64,000 bases of DNA from Macrostomum lignano (GCA_002269645.1 NIVC01002334.1:118603-182602), one strand, 5' to 3'. Shown: positions 1-11,814, numbered from the stretch's first letter. Translations and numbers: made by a program. Notes: a model not told the origin generated them from the letters alone.

Positions 1-2433
1 TTATTGACGCCCCTTGGGAGAGGTGTACGCCTATCAACATTATAAAACTCTCAGTTTTGTAAATGAATATTAATTTTAAAATGAACAATTGACAAGGATG
101 AAAAGCTCGATAAAGTTCCAAATGTGGCTTACTTCTCAACAACACAGCATTTTTTACGTTAGAATTTTTACGTCAAGGGTCCTGAGAATTAACAGAAGTT
201 CAAATTCAAATCTGCTTAAGCGTGGTTTCTTTCAGAACGTATTTAATTATAAATTGCAACAGGGTTTCAAGCCTAAAATGGTAATCTAAAAGCCCGCTTA
301 TTATTCTGGTTGGTTACTATATAATAGTGTACATTGCTCTTTCTCGTCTTAGGTGTTAGGTGTTATTGTTAGGTGTTAATTATTATTTTTTAGCAAACCG
401 GCTAATTGACCCAGCGGAGGGGTCGACACCACCTGAGCTGCACCCCAGCAAAACTTAATTACCTCTATCATACGTGCATCGGAATTATTTTTCCATCGAA
501 TATAGTTTTTTCTCTTGTAAATCCAGTTTAAGTACCAAGTAAATTTCATGAATACCTGCGTCAAGTTTATTTCTAAGAATTAAGAAAGTTTGCTGTATCC
601 GCACTCAAACATAGCTCCACTGCGATTTTGTTCACCTCAGTTGGCTATTTATTCCAGTCTCCACTTACCGGGCTGCGAATTTCCAGATCTATGTGGCCCT
701 CCACCAAATAAATCACCTGGGAGGAGCCAACGGAAATAGAGACCATCAGCGAGTCTGACGAGACAGCTCCCATACACAACTCGATCGCCCTGACAGCTGT
801 CCAGCAGGCGGAGCTCTCCGATTCAAATGAAGCAAGTTAGTGTTTTTTCTGTGCTTGGTAAATATAGAGGGGCAAGGGTAACGGAGAGGTATACCAGCCA
901 GTTCAGTTTAATATTCTAAATAAAGTTTTTACCAGCTGCAGAGACTTGTCTCAAATCTCTAAGAGCGAATGGCCGCATAGAGGTGGGCAGCTGGGTACTA
1001 ACCGCCTTTCTTGCAGCCTTTTTAGTAGACCATTCTTCCTTTAGCACTGACAGCCCCTCGACACCCAGCCCATTACGCTTGCGTTCTGAAACTGCTAGCC
1101 TGGCTTCTCAGTGTAAGTTTTTCTTTGCTTTTTGTTAGTCTGATAGAATTCAGAAATGTTAACGGCACAATAAAAAATCGATCTCGTTCCGGTGTCCATT
1201 AGTCGCCTGATGCCATCTTTTGAAGGTGCCGACGGCGTCGGGTGATGAAGGGATGCTTGAGAGACCAGCTGAGGATGTCCAGCAGTTGAGGTTTGCCCAC
1301 TGTTGAGGCTTGATCAGTGAAACTGAAGAAATTAGCAACGGGGTGTCATCTGACGCCGCCTTGCACACCGGTCTTGTGGCTATTTCTACAGTTGACTGTC
1401 CCAACTGTGGACTGAACTTCAACTGGGCAAGCTGTTCCTGTGGGAGTAGTCTGAGGATTTCAGCCGTTTCAGGACCTTTGTACGTATTTGTCTTTAAAGG
1501 AGTATGTAAGGAAGGCTCTCCTACAATTCTAGCTTAAAAACCATTGCATTTTACATTATAATGGGGTACCTTCATTTTCATAAATAACCATTACATATAC
1601 GAGTAATGTTTTAAATAGCTATTAAAAGTGATGCTTGGGTTGTAAATATCTCACGCTCGTAATGGCAAAAAAGATAAACAGAGGGTTGAGCATGGGTAAA
1701 GCTAGTTGAGTCATACTTACGTTGCGTTTTTATTTTTCCACAAATTTCTAGAGCTGCATATACTATACATACTATACAACTTACTACATAGCTACATACA
1801 TTGCTCCTATTGTACTGCTTGTTCAATTTATGCACAGTGATTGTTGTTGTTGCCACGTAGTTTTCTAAAATATGAGAGGCTAAGTGGTTTTCTAACAATA
1901 ACATTGTTGATTCTTAAACTATTTGAGAAAGCAATTTTACTAAAACTTCATGACGGTTCGATCGAAGATACGGTAAATTCGAGAAAAAATGGGTTGCGGA
2001 AAGGACGAAAATTAATGGATAAATGGGTGAATCGACTAGATAACTTTTGTAGATAAAACATTTTATTTTCCGTCTAACTTTATAGAATCAAGGCTAAAAT
2101 TAGAAAAAACGTTGGCACTAAGCAGAGTTTGGATGATGCAGGAGCATCTTCTGCAGGAAATGTCTAAATTCCATACGCTCTAATGGTCCAGCAGGACTCT
2201 CATGCTTCCGGTAGACAGCAGTCTGACCTTTTTAATTGCCAAAAATTACACCTAAAGTTAAAAGAGAGCAAGCCGCAAAAAATATCCGCCTATGCTCATG
2301 TACCTGCTTTTAACAAATTTCATTGTCAGCTAAACATACCGACTTTCTAGAACATGAAGTGAGAAGCTGACGATTCGGTTCACTAATTGAAACAAAGGCA
2401 CTAAAGCTGAAACAAGTGTAGCTTTAAGCAGCA

Positions 2434-3317
2434 ATGAATCTGCTCCCGGAGCTGAAGAGCGCCGCCATGGACGGCAGAGTCGGCAAGGTGCGGCAGTTTC
2501 TACAGAGCAGCGTCAGTCCGGACGTCGCTGACGACCGGCAGCGGACGGCGCTGCACTGGGCAGCCGAGCGAGGCCAGTCCAGGGTGGCGAGGCTTCTCAT
2601 CGAGGCCGGAGCTCAGCTGGACGCTCAGGACAGCAGCGGGGCGACCGCTCTGCACCTGGCCTCGATGCACGGTCACCGGGATGCGGTCCGGCTGCTGCTC
2701 GAGTCCGAGGCCGACACCAGCCTGGTGACGAAGTCCAGCTCCTCGGCGCTGCACCTCGCCTCGCGGAACGGCCACCTCGAAGTCGTGCAGCTGCTGAGCA
2801 GGCAGGCCGACTGCGATCAGCAGCTCGAAGACGGAGACTCGCCGGTGCACCTGGCTGCTCAGCTCAGGCAGCAGCTCGTGCTCGCTGCTCTGCTGCTGGC
2901 AGCCGCGGATCCGAGCGCCAGGAATGCTTGCGGCCAGACCCCGCTGCACTCCGCGGCTCTCCACGGCCAGCGGGCCGCCATTGAGCTGCTCGTCCGGGCG
3001 GGAGTCGCCGCCGACTCGCTGGCAAGCGATGGGTCGACGCCGCTGCACGCCGCGGCAGCAATGGGGCACGAGGCCACCTCCCAGACTCTGCTGCAGCTCG
3101 GCTGCGGGCTCGTCGACCTCAACAAGGACGGGCTCAGCCCCGCTGCCATCGCCTGTTGCTTCGGGCATCGCGAGGTCTTGCATCTGCTGCTCAAGCAAGT
3201 GACTCACGCCAGAGAGCTCGGAATCCGGCACGAAGAAACCAACGAAAGGCTGCAGCGATTCAAGAATTCGCTTGTTCCTGCAGCTCAGTCTCGCGGAACG
3301 TTTTTGCACGAAGAGCG
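2434..3317 (+). CDS. Exon 1 of ankyrin-cGLR gene: about 7-8 ankyrin repeats
   Basis: Seven ~33-aa repeats with TALH/TPLH-type starts (RTALHWAAERG, ATALHLASMHGH, SSALHLASRNGH, DSPVHLAAQ, QTPLHSAALHGQ, STPLHAAAAMGH, LSPAAIACCFGH) plus a partial N-terminal repeat. The ORF-track stop (TAA 3319) lies inside a consensus donor CG|GTAAGC at 3318 (phase 2). Confidence 0.93.
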
Positions 3318-3996
3318 GTAAGCGTTTGTGATGTCAGTAATGAAACGGTCTAAACGTATGTTACATAAGTACAGAAAAAGGATATTTTGTTGCCAACTGA
3401 TATCTCGACAGCTTGATATGTACCTGATATTCGAAACATCCCTCTTGCTAGTAACACATCTCACAATCATCCGTTAACACTATTAATTATTGTACCTTGC
3501 ATCTGGAATCGTGGCTCTAGGCTACTTGGTGTGACGAAGTTGTAGGCCTACTTTTCTTTTGCTAATGTTGATGAGTTGTGTAGCGGTCTATCAGGATTTA
3601 CAACTTTAACATTTATGAATAAGTAGTAGTACGCTCGTAAACTTGGCGAATTACAGGGAGCTGTCGAAATACTGTTGAACACGAGTATTCAATATATTTA
3701 TCTATTAAGTACGCTCGTATTAGGGCCAGCACAAATCCAAGAGCGACGAGCGACAAAACCAGACCACCAGCTTGGAGGCGAAATTCAAAACGTTTTTATA
3801 GTAATTTGAAATTGGAGTATAAAGATTTAAACAAAAGAGAGTAAACTTAATCTGCTTAACGTGTCAAGCAATACGTGCAGATGTACAATTAAATAGAATA
3901 ATCAAATACCAATAATTACTTTGTAAAGACTTTCACAACGACGGCGGCACACGAAACGATCTACAAAAGCTCAAACCGTCACATATTGGTATATTC

Positions 3997-4089
3997 TTCT
4001 GCAGTCGGGATGCATGATATCGGTATAACACGCGAGCGCCGGTAGGCGCGAGTCGTGTTATTCCAATATCATGCATCCCGACTGCAGAA
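3997..4089. repeat. Long imperfect palindrome/hairpin upstream of the Crypton-like fragment
   Basis: TTCTGCAGTCGGGATGCATGATAT (3997-4020) is the exact reverse complement of 4066-4089. Inner arms ATAACACG/CGTGTTAT and GCGCC/GGCGC surround a 4-nt loop. Confidence 0.85.
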
Positions 4090-4319
4090 AAGTGCATTGA
4101 CTAGTGTTTCCAAATAGGCTAGTTGTTTATGATCGAGAAAGACAACGCAGTCTCAGTAGAATCTGTCTAGTTCAATTTTGTTATGTCATTTATCTCTCTC
4201 CCTCGCTGCCTTCTGATTGGCTCTCAGTTCTCGCCTCTTTCCTCGGTTGCGGACTCCACCCCACCCCCTGTCTTATCTTACACCCACTCCAGTATATTTG
4301 AATAAATATACCCGTTTAG

Positions 4320-4899
4320 GCCCTGCGCTTCGCTATCGTTTTTTTCCGAAGCCTCTCCAAGGCCAATCTTTAAAACCGTACCGTTTCTCCGAGAAGACCG
4401 CTCGAGGATATCGATTCCTTCAAGAATTTATGAAGAAACTTAGTGCGAGGGCCGGTCTAAGCAAGGTCTACACTAATCACTGTATTAGGTAAGTAAATTT
4501 CGTTTTCCGATATGGTATATAAATAGTATATAAATAGTATATTTATAAATAATAGTTTTAACTAGTTCATGTAAAATTACTTTCCTTTGATTCTCCCACA
4601 GAGTCACTAGAGTGTGCGATCTAGACGCCGCTGGCCATTCGCTGCAAGACATAATGCTTATTACCGGTCAGAAATGTGAGAAGACGGTCAAAAGGTATTT
4701 AACCAGGTGCCGGGACCGCAGTCTGTTCAGGAGTTCCAAGGCAGTGAACTGTGCACTAAGCCGGCATATTCCAAGCACAAGCACAATGCCGTCCAATGAG
4801 GCGTCTTTCTCTGCTAATGCGAGCGGCTCTATCAGTTCTACTGTCTGCACGCAAGTGATGACGGATCACCAGTTGCAATGCCACCCCACAATCAATTGA
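4320..4899 (+). mobile_element. Crypton-like (DUF3504-type) tyrosine recombinase fragment with a spliceosomal intron (4489-4601), inside the ankyrin-cGLR intron
   Basis: The spliced product reads FMKKLSARAGLSKVYTNHCIR|VTRVCDLDAAGHSLQDIMLITGQKCEKTVKRYL, giving H-x-x-R, TG[H>Q] and Y catalytic motifs. GTAAGT at 4489 and CCCACAG ending at 4601 join in frame. Confidence 0.72.
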
Positions 4900-5554
4900 C
4901 GAGCCGGTTCCTCGGCCAGTTCATATCGAGGCCTGTACGTCCGACCAAGAATATGCGTGTTTGCATTGACGGCAACAACAATTTTATTAACACTGTGTTT
5001 GAGTAGGGCGTATCTATCAAAAATACTAATTCTTCGAGAGAAACTATGGCTTTAGACATTTCCCCCTCATTTTCATGCTATAAGTAGTTGTTGTTTATAA
5101 TTTACAATTATAAACCGTATAAATAAAAAATTAATCATCTAATAATTAATATTTGGGTCATCTAAAAACTCGTTAAACTAATGTTTTTTTCTATGGACAA
5201 TAGCACGCATCCCGCGTGCGTGTTAATGGGTAGCGAAATGCTTGTCAATGGATTTATTTTTGTTTCACCCTTTCTGAATACTGCATGGTTTGATTTGGCA
5301 GTCTGTGACGTACGCAGTCACGGTAAGCTTTATTACGTACTTCGATTTAAATATATTCAAATCATGCTTGCGTTGACAAAGATTGTATTGCCCTTGAAAC
5401 CATTCATTCAAGCTCCTCTCACGGCCAACTGACGTACATACGGTGGGTCCCGTATGTCTAAGTAGTGATATAAGTGAAGTAGTGATTTAGTATCATTCGT
5501 AATCAATATGACTAAATCACTGCAAATCCCTATATTTAGTCACTTGGTCTGTTA

Positions 5555-6759
5555 CGAGGGGTGATCAAAAAGTTCTGCAAGTGACCTCACAACTCTGTGC
5601 TACAGCAGCCGAGGCGTCTAATCAGTGTCACATTCCCTTAAAGTAGTTTCCACCACTATCTATGCACCGTCGCATCCGTGTGCACCATGTCTGAAAGCAG
5701 TCATGGTACTCCAAAGTTGGTATACCCTGTAGAGCTGAATTTACCGCTTGGGCAAAGTCTTGCATGCGTGAAAACGGCCTCCCAGAAATGACGGATTTGA
5801 TCCTCGGAACAGCCAAAAGTCGGAAGGTGCTAGGTCTAGAGAGTAGGGTGAATGGGGCAGCAGCTGGACCCCCTGCTGCTCCAGGTACGCCATGGTTGAG
5901 GCCGCTCTGTGCGGTGCCGCATTGTCATGGTGCAGCAGGAGTCGAGGTCCATGCTTGGTTCGCGCACGTTCCTGCCGCTCCTGCAGCACGCCTGGCAGAA
6001 CAGTGTCTGTGTAGTACCTGGCAGTCACTGTGGCACCCGCTGGAAGGATGTTCACCGATACAACACCCTGAGAGTTGAAAAAAATGGTGAACATCCGCTT
6101 CCGACTGCGGAATCCGGTCTTCAGCACCTCAGGCCTTGGCTCATCTTCTGCCAGCCAGACCATGTTGGACTGCTTATCCCTCATGGTAAAGAAGGAGATA
6201 CAACATTTGTCTCCTGTGATGACATCTGACAGTTGTCGTGGGCCGTGGGGCTCAAACATTTGCAGCCACAAGCGACAGATGCGCACCCTCTCTGCTTGCT
6301 GCTCCGGAGTGAGAAGATGGGGTACCCACCGAGCGCAGGTCTTTGTGCGGCCTAGTTGCTCATGCATGATGTTATGAGCACTTCCATAGCTGACACCAAG
6401 CTCATAGGCAATGAATCTTAGCAAAAAGCTCCAATCCTCATGAATTATTGCATCGGCATGGGCCACGACATCTTCGGTCACGGATGTCCGGGGTCGGCCA
6501 GACCTTGGTTCATCGTTGAAGCTGTCCCAGCCTTCCAAGAAATGGCGCAGCCAGCAGGCAACTGTGTCAAATGATGGAGCAGAGTCAGCTAAAACATTCA
6601 CAAAACATGGTGTGAATCTCTGTCACTTTGCAACCAAGTTGCATGCACATAAAGATATAGCAAACAGATATAGCCGCATATGTGTAAGTTTTTGGCTTTT
6701 GCTGATTCTATAACTAAAAGCTATAACAAAAGGTTGCAGAACTTTTTGATCACCCCTCG
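5555..6759 (-). mobile_element. Mariner (D,D34D) transposon, full length, with one apparent frameshift near 5810
   Basis: 26-bp TIRs CGAGGGGTGATCAAAAAGTTCTGCAA (5555-5580 and 6734-6759), flanked by TA. Transposase motifs CARWVPHLL, ITGD, HHDNAAPH, YSLDLAPSDFWLF. The C-terminus (PRIKSVISGRPF...GNYF) continues in another frame (ORF 5628-5816). Confidence 0.95.
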
Positions 6760-6858
6760 TACTAATACAGTCCCAAAATTGTATTACTTTCATTATTGAT
6801 AATTAATTGCCAATGATATGAAGCTGACAGAACCACTGTAACTCAACAAAAATTTCAG

Positions 6859-8773
6859 TGAGCAGCCCGACTCAAACAGCCTGCGCGAGGTCCTCATCGA
6901 TATGGATGCTGTGGCAGATGAACCAGACGAGCACAAGAGCGCTCAGCTGCACATAGCCCTGAAGGAGTCCGGGTTTGAGCTGAATCGTGTGAAACTGCAA
7001 TCCGCATGTTCTGATGTCCTGCAGCGCATCACTAGAAACCGCCTCGACGCTCAGGAGTACAATGACTGCGAAGTGTATATCGTCGGGAGCTTCAGTGAAG
7101 GCTGGTCCAACAGTCTGGTTCGGTTGGATGGCCAAACCGACGCAGACTCCGACATCGACGTCTGCTTCGTTGCGAGAGGGATGCTTTTTCATCTCAAAGG
7201 CTGCTGCAGCTGCATCAACTGCAGATTCGATGAAGAACGACATAGGGCAGTTGAATATGAAGACGGGCACATTAAGTGGCCTGGATCGCGGAAGAGGATA
7301 TTGGCTGGAATCTGTGATTTTCATTTTCACTTGTGTACCCTCATTTGCATAATTTTCCTAAAAGCTCACCCACTAACAATTTCGCCCCAAACAGCCTCGA
7401 ATCCGTCGCAGACCTGGGCCGGGTCGGAGGTCAGACCGGCAGTGGATCTTGTGTGGGCGTTCCGCTGCTGTTGCTATCCAAAACTGGAAGTGCTGCAGCC
7501 AGGATACAGTACTCACATTGCGCCATCAGTGCTGCAGAGCCTGAGGCAGGAGATGCTGGAGTCTCCATGTCACCTGGTGGCAGCGGCTCCCCCCAGCAAG
7601 GACGGGCAGCAGCTGAGGATCAGCACCACCTTCCTGGAACGAAGGCTGCTCAGAAGCCTGACAACTGAGCAAGGACACGTGTTCGTGCTTATGAAGTTTA
7701 TCATTAAGAAAGTGATTTCAGCTCGAGTTAATGGACTCAAGACCTACATAGCCAAGAGTCTGATGTTTTACCTGCTGGATGAGACGCCTGCTGGCTACTG
7801 GCAGTCCGAAAACCTAATCCGTCTGGCGAAAGGAGCACTTTCGATTCTGTTGCGGTGTCTGCAGGACGAGGATATTTCAGATGCGGACAAGTGCATGAAG
7901 CACTTCTTCATGAGAGATGCTTGGGTGTATTTAAAGAAGCGCCACAGTGGAAAGAAGCTCATTTCAGATGTTGTGAATGACATAATCGAAAAGCTGTCAG
8001 AAGTTGTGTCATGTTTTTACGAAACGCTGCGACCACTGGAGGATGCGAAAAACTTTAGCTTTCATCCGTTCCTGGTGCTGCCAGTTTTGATTCCGAGGCC
8101 AGTTCCGATGGCATCAAACCTGCAGTTCCACGATGTGTATGACGCGATCCGGTCCATTCTGCTGAACTTGGCTCATGAAGAGTGCCGCGAAGAAGACAAA
8201 AAGGTCATGATGAAGCTGGCTCGCAGAGTTCCCAACTACGCTGCATGTCCGAAGCACTGCCTCTTCGCGCTGATCTACTTGAAATTCGAAATGCGCTACG
8301 CAGCGCGAAGGGTCTTGCGCTCGTTCCGCTATCACCAGGTCAGCCGAGGACTGTCACGCTGGAAGGTGCGCGCCACTGACGCAGAGTCTGAGTTGGCGGT
8401 GTGGCAGCACCTGGAAAGATCCAGTTCGGTTTGGAAGCTCCTGATTCAAGCCGACAAGCCGCCCGTTCTGTCATTTCTGCCAGCCAAATTCAGGCAGCAT
8501 TTCTCACTGAGCTGTGGCCAGTTCGACTGGTACTACGTGAACTTTGACGCGCTGCTGAAAGCTCTCAGCCTCTATCTGGATCACGATGTGGAACTTGAAC
8601 TGTGGTTTGAAGAAACTCTCCGCTGTGCGAGTCCAGACGTTCAGGAGCTGCTTGTAACTCTTGAGCTTTGTGGGGATAGCGACCTGCTTGCCCAACTGGT
8701 TCAGAGACACAGGCGAGCCATTTGCGACCACCAGGGCACGAGAGAGAAGGTCGAGCAGCTGATGCAGGAGTCG
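6859..8773 (+). CDS. Exon 2 (possibly split by a short in-frame intron ~7314-7394): cGAS-like receptor / Mab-21 nucleotidyltransferase domain plus helical C-terminal region
   Basis: NTase signature VYIVGSFSEG...DADSDIDV, third acidic residue in RPAVDLV, and Mab-21 helical motifs (LRISTTFLERRLL, VFVLMKFIIKK, LKTYIAKSLMFYLLDE, WQSENL, MKHFF). Acceptor TTTCAG ends at 6858 and is phase-compatible with the ankyrin donor. Donor TCG|GTAAGT at 8774 (phase 0). A T-rich stretch ending CAG at 7394 may be an intron. Confidence 0.88.
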
Positions 8774-8880
8774 GTAAGTCAGCCTGGTCATTGCAATACC
8801 TTTACAACAATTATTAAAAAAGAAAAAAGCTAGAGGCCACATCAATTATTGCTCATGAGTGATTTCCGATTCTCTTGCAG

Positions 8881-9408
8881 CAGTCCCTGGCTGAAAGGAG
8901 CTTCCGAAGGACAGCGCGAGCGTTGCCTGGTCCAGAAAGCACTGATGAGGACCAGCTGTTTCTAGGCCGGGGAAGAGACCGACCCGTAAGGTTCATCCTT
9001 GTTAAGCTATTCATCTGCCTTTGCAGCCTGTCGCCCCTGGTCTTCTTAGCGCAGAAGTCCCGGCGCTACGGATTTTCCATTGGCAAGGAGTGCCTGGTGG
9101 CAGCCGTTCGCAAGCATCTCGCTCGCCGCGTCAGAGGAAGCGTTCTGGGCCGGTACTCGTCTGCTAGAAACATTATGATTGGCAATTGCGTCTTGTTTGT
9201 CTTCCTTGGAACCTATGTGCTCATCTGTTCAATTAGCTACTCCCATCACAAAACCTGGCTGTCGACTTTAATTTTTTTGATTTTTATTACTGCATGCTTA
9301 ATAATTCTCATTTGTACCTGCGGAATTTCCTGTATAACGCACCGGGCTGCGTCAAATATGGTTAACCACACAGTTGCAAGTGCTGAAGTGACTCATGCAG
9401 AGACGTAA
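8881..9408 (+). CDS. Probable last exon(s) of ankyrin-cGLR gene, with two hydrophobic (putative transmembrane) segments
   Basis: Acceptor CTCTTGCAG ends at 8880, in frame with donor 8774. Encodes IMIGNCVLFVFLGTYVLICSISY and WLSTLIFLIFITACLIILICTCGISCI. A further possible intron starts at GTAAGG 8986: AG 9054 keeps the frame, AG 9049 would not. Confidence 0.6.
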   Translation, partial: QSLAERSFRRTARALPGPESTDEDQLFLGRGRDRPVRFILVKLFICLCSLSPLVFLAQKSRRYGFSIGKECLVAAVRKHLARRVRGSVLGRYSSARNIMIGNCVLFVFLGTYVLICSISYSHHKTWLSTLIFLIFITACLIILICTCGISCITHRAASNMVNHTVASAEVTHAET

Positions 9409-10136
9409 GCTCTTACGAACTTGAGTTAAAAACTGACGCTTCTAGCGTTCTTAAATGCGTTCGATTAAACTTCCACAGACATGTAACCTCCTGACTTGCC
9501 CCGCCAACGGAATTTTTACTGCGCTAAATTTTTATTTTAATTAACATATGTTTCTGTCTGAAGTTTTTTCACTTAGGTTCTGGGATTTGTTTGCTCATAA
9601 CTTTGTCTGTGTTTCATTTTATCTATTGTTATAATCGCAGATGTTATCTGTGTTTAATTTCTGTTATAATCGCTGTTGTTCCAAGTATCAATTCAAACAG
9701 TTAATTTGGTTATTAGTTATCTGTAGGAATGCGAGCTGGTCAGTCAGCCACTGCTAATTATCCAGCCCCATATTGATCATTTGCCCGCTTTGCCCTCCCC
9801 GCCCGCTCAGCCTCGTGAATCCGCCGTCCCCTCACAGGCCCGCAGCTGTTCAGTTGTTGCTGAGGTCACAAGTTCGAGTCCCTTCACCGCCGTCCCAGCT
9901 GGACAAATTTGAGTCCAGTATATGACTGTACTGCGACTAATGATAAAAACAATGGCTAATAAACTACGTGCTCGTAGTAGACTACTAAACTGTCAATAAT
10001 ATTTAGAGGCACTTGTTATTATGCGTGACAATCAAGCAGTTCACTTATAGCGTCTTGCAGTAAAACTGAATAATGTATTTAGAGCTTTCAAAGTTAATTT
10101 ATTTTCGAAATTCGAGTTTACCGCACTGTTTTAATA

Positions 10137-10540
10137 TTACTGCCTTTGGGGCAGAAATTTTCCGAACGCCTCTAGCTCACAGATGGTCAGATATCCCAGG
10201 CTACTTTTCACCATGATCTCCTGTCCAACACCCTCGCATGGTAGCGCCTTGGAGCTGAACTCTTCGCCATTGCTATACCGACTGCACTCGCTTTTCTCGT
10301 CAATATAGATGGCAAAGTTGGTTAATCCGGATCGTCGATTGAGTCGGTTGTAAATTTTGACCATCATGAATTGCACCTGATAATCGGTGGCCGCCCTCCA
10401 CCAGCCGGCTCTTGCACTGTCCACAAAAGCGCAGGTCTGCAGGTGAGTAGACGGATCTTCCAGGCGGTCATCAATAGCTTTTTCGCACGTGTGGGTGTAG
10501 TATGATGAGCTCTGTTTGCAGCGCGTCAGAGGCAGCTTGT
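10137..10540 (-). CDS. F-type lectin-like domain exon 14 of 14 (terminal; carries the stop codon)
   Basis: Acceptor CTCAG|AC AAG (phase 1). KLPLTRCKQSS...TCAFVDSARAGWW...VKIYNRLNRRSGL...CELEAFG, then TAA. No phase-1 GT donor found. Confidence 0.82.
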
Positions 10541-11004
10541 CTGAGGGTTCCCGAATTAAAAATTCCTTTTAAATTATAAGCATAAAAGCATCAATTGCAT
10601 TCCTGAGTTGACAGAATTAACCAACACTGAATCAATTCGGATCGGAGAATTTTCGGACACTTCTCAATATACTTGTCGAAAACAGCTTATCACATAGAAT
10701 TATTACAATTTCCGTGATTTTTTTATTAGAGGCAGGGGGGCTGTGTGCACCCTGGCGCACTTTAAGCGACATAGGCACACAACCGGCGAGAGGCATTGCT
10801 GCCCATTCCGCCGACTCCCCTGAGCAGGGCATACAAGCGCGCGGATACGTACGCAGGCACACACTCACACAGGAGTGTACAGCGGCCCTAACTTTATATT
10901 ATCGTTAGGCATGTACACTTCACTGCGCCTTCGGGGTTGGCTCTCAAGGCTGTAAATTGCACGAGCAGAGCCAAGCCGAGATTCCAATTCAGCCCCAAAT
11001 TAAT

Positions 11005-11079
11005 GTGACTGCACTTGGAATCGAGCCTGGGTCGCTGGCACACCAGAGCCTGCGCTAGACCGCTGGGCTACGGCCCTCC
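11005..11079 (-). ncRNA. tRNA-derived (SINE-head-like) pseudo-tRNA
   Basis: The minus strand has A-box-like TAGCCCAGCGG and B-box-like GGCTCGATTCC at tRNA-like spacing. No convincing anticodon arm. Confidence 0.35.
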
Positions 11080-11171
11080 TTAATTTCCGTGATAATACGT
11101 AAACATTAATTTTGAATTTTAGATTAATTAGGTTTCAAAGACGCGTTTGCACTAAACTGATTTGTTCTTAC

Positions 11172-11570
11172 CTTCGGCAGGCAAAGACTCTCCGTAGGCT
11201 TCAAACTCGCAGAGTGTCAAGTATGGAATATTGCTTTTCACCATGATCTCCTGTCCATATCCATCGCATCTCAGAGTTTTCGACAAAAAGTATTCCGAAT
11301 CTGTGTACCGATTGCACACTTTCTTCTCGTCAATGATCACTTCTAAGTTTGTCCGTCTAGACTGACGTTCCTTTGTCAATCGGTTGTAGATTTTGACGTA
11401 GATAAACCGTACGGGCTTTTCAGTTTGAGCCCTCCACCAGGAGTTGTCTGCATTGGTCAGCGCGCAGTGGTCCAGCGTGTCGCCTAATTTATTATCGTAA
11501 GCTCTATCGCAGAGAGAAGTCGAACTGAACTTATCCGAGCCCTGGCTGCAGTTGGTCAGCTTGAGCTTCT
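11172..11570 (-). CDS. F-type lectin-like domain exon 13 of 14
   Basis: CAG|AG AAG acceptor, GAA G|GTAAGA donor, 399 nt, phase 1-1. HCALTNADNSWW...IYNRL...CEFEAYG. Confidence 0.88.
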
Positions 11571-11814
11571 CTGCTGAATGGTTTTTGTTGGAGTGGAGTA
11601 GATTTTATTGAAGACGAACGGATATTTCTATCAGTTATTAAGAATACCCTATGACTCATAATAGTAAAAACTGTACTTACACATTTGAGTTTCTAAATAA
11701 TATTAAATAATTGCTTCCACATGCTAACACACGAGTTTTGTCCAAATAGGAAGTTAAAGGTGTAATCGATTATAATAAATCCTTGTGCTCTTAATCAATA
11801 TCGTACGTACTCAC

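Noticed and set aside
640-1480. GC-richer patches with possible splice sites (for example a minus-strand acceptor near 1320)
   Set aside because: These may be exons of a neighbouring gene or a TE remnant, but no recognisable motif supports a call.
2500-3309. 269-aa antisense ORF and other shadow ORFs over the ankyrin, BEL and lectin exons
   Set aside because: They overlap well-supported coding frames on the other strand and have no recognisable motifs.
6902-8833. cGAS-like ORF as a bacterial CD-NTase/CBASS operon
   Set aside because: It has spliceosomal introns, a Mab-21-type helical domain and animal transposons around it, with no operonic effector genes.
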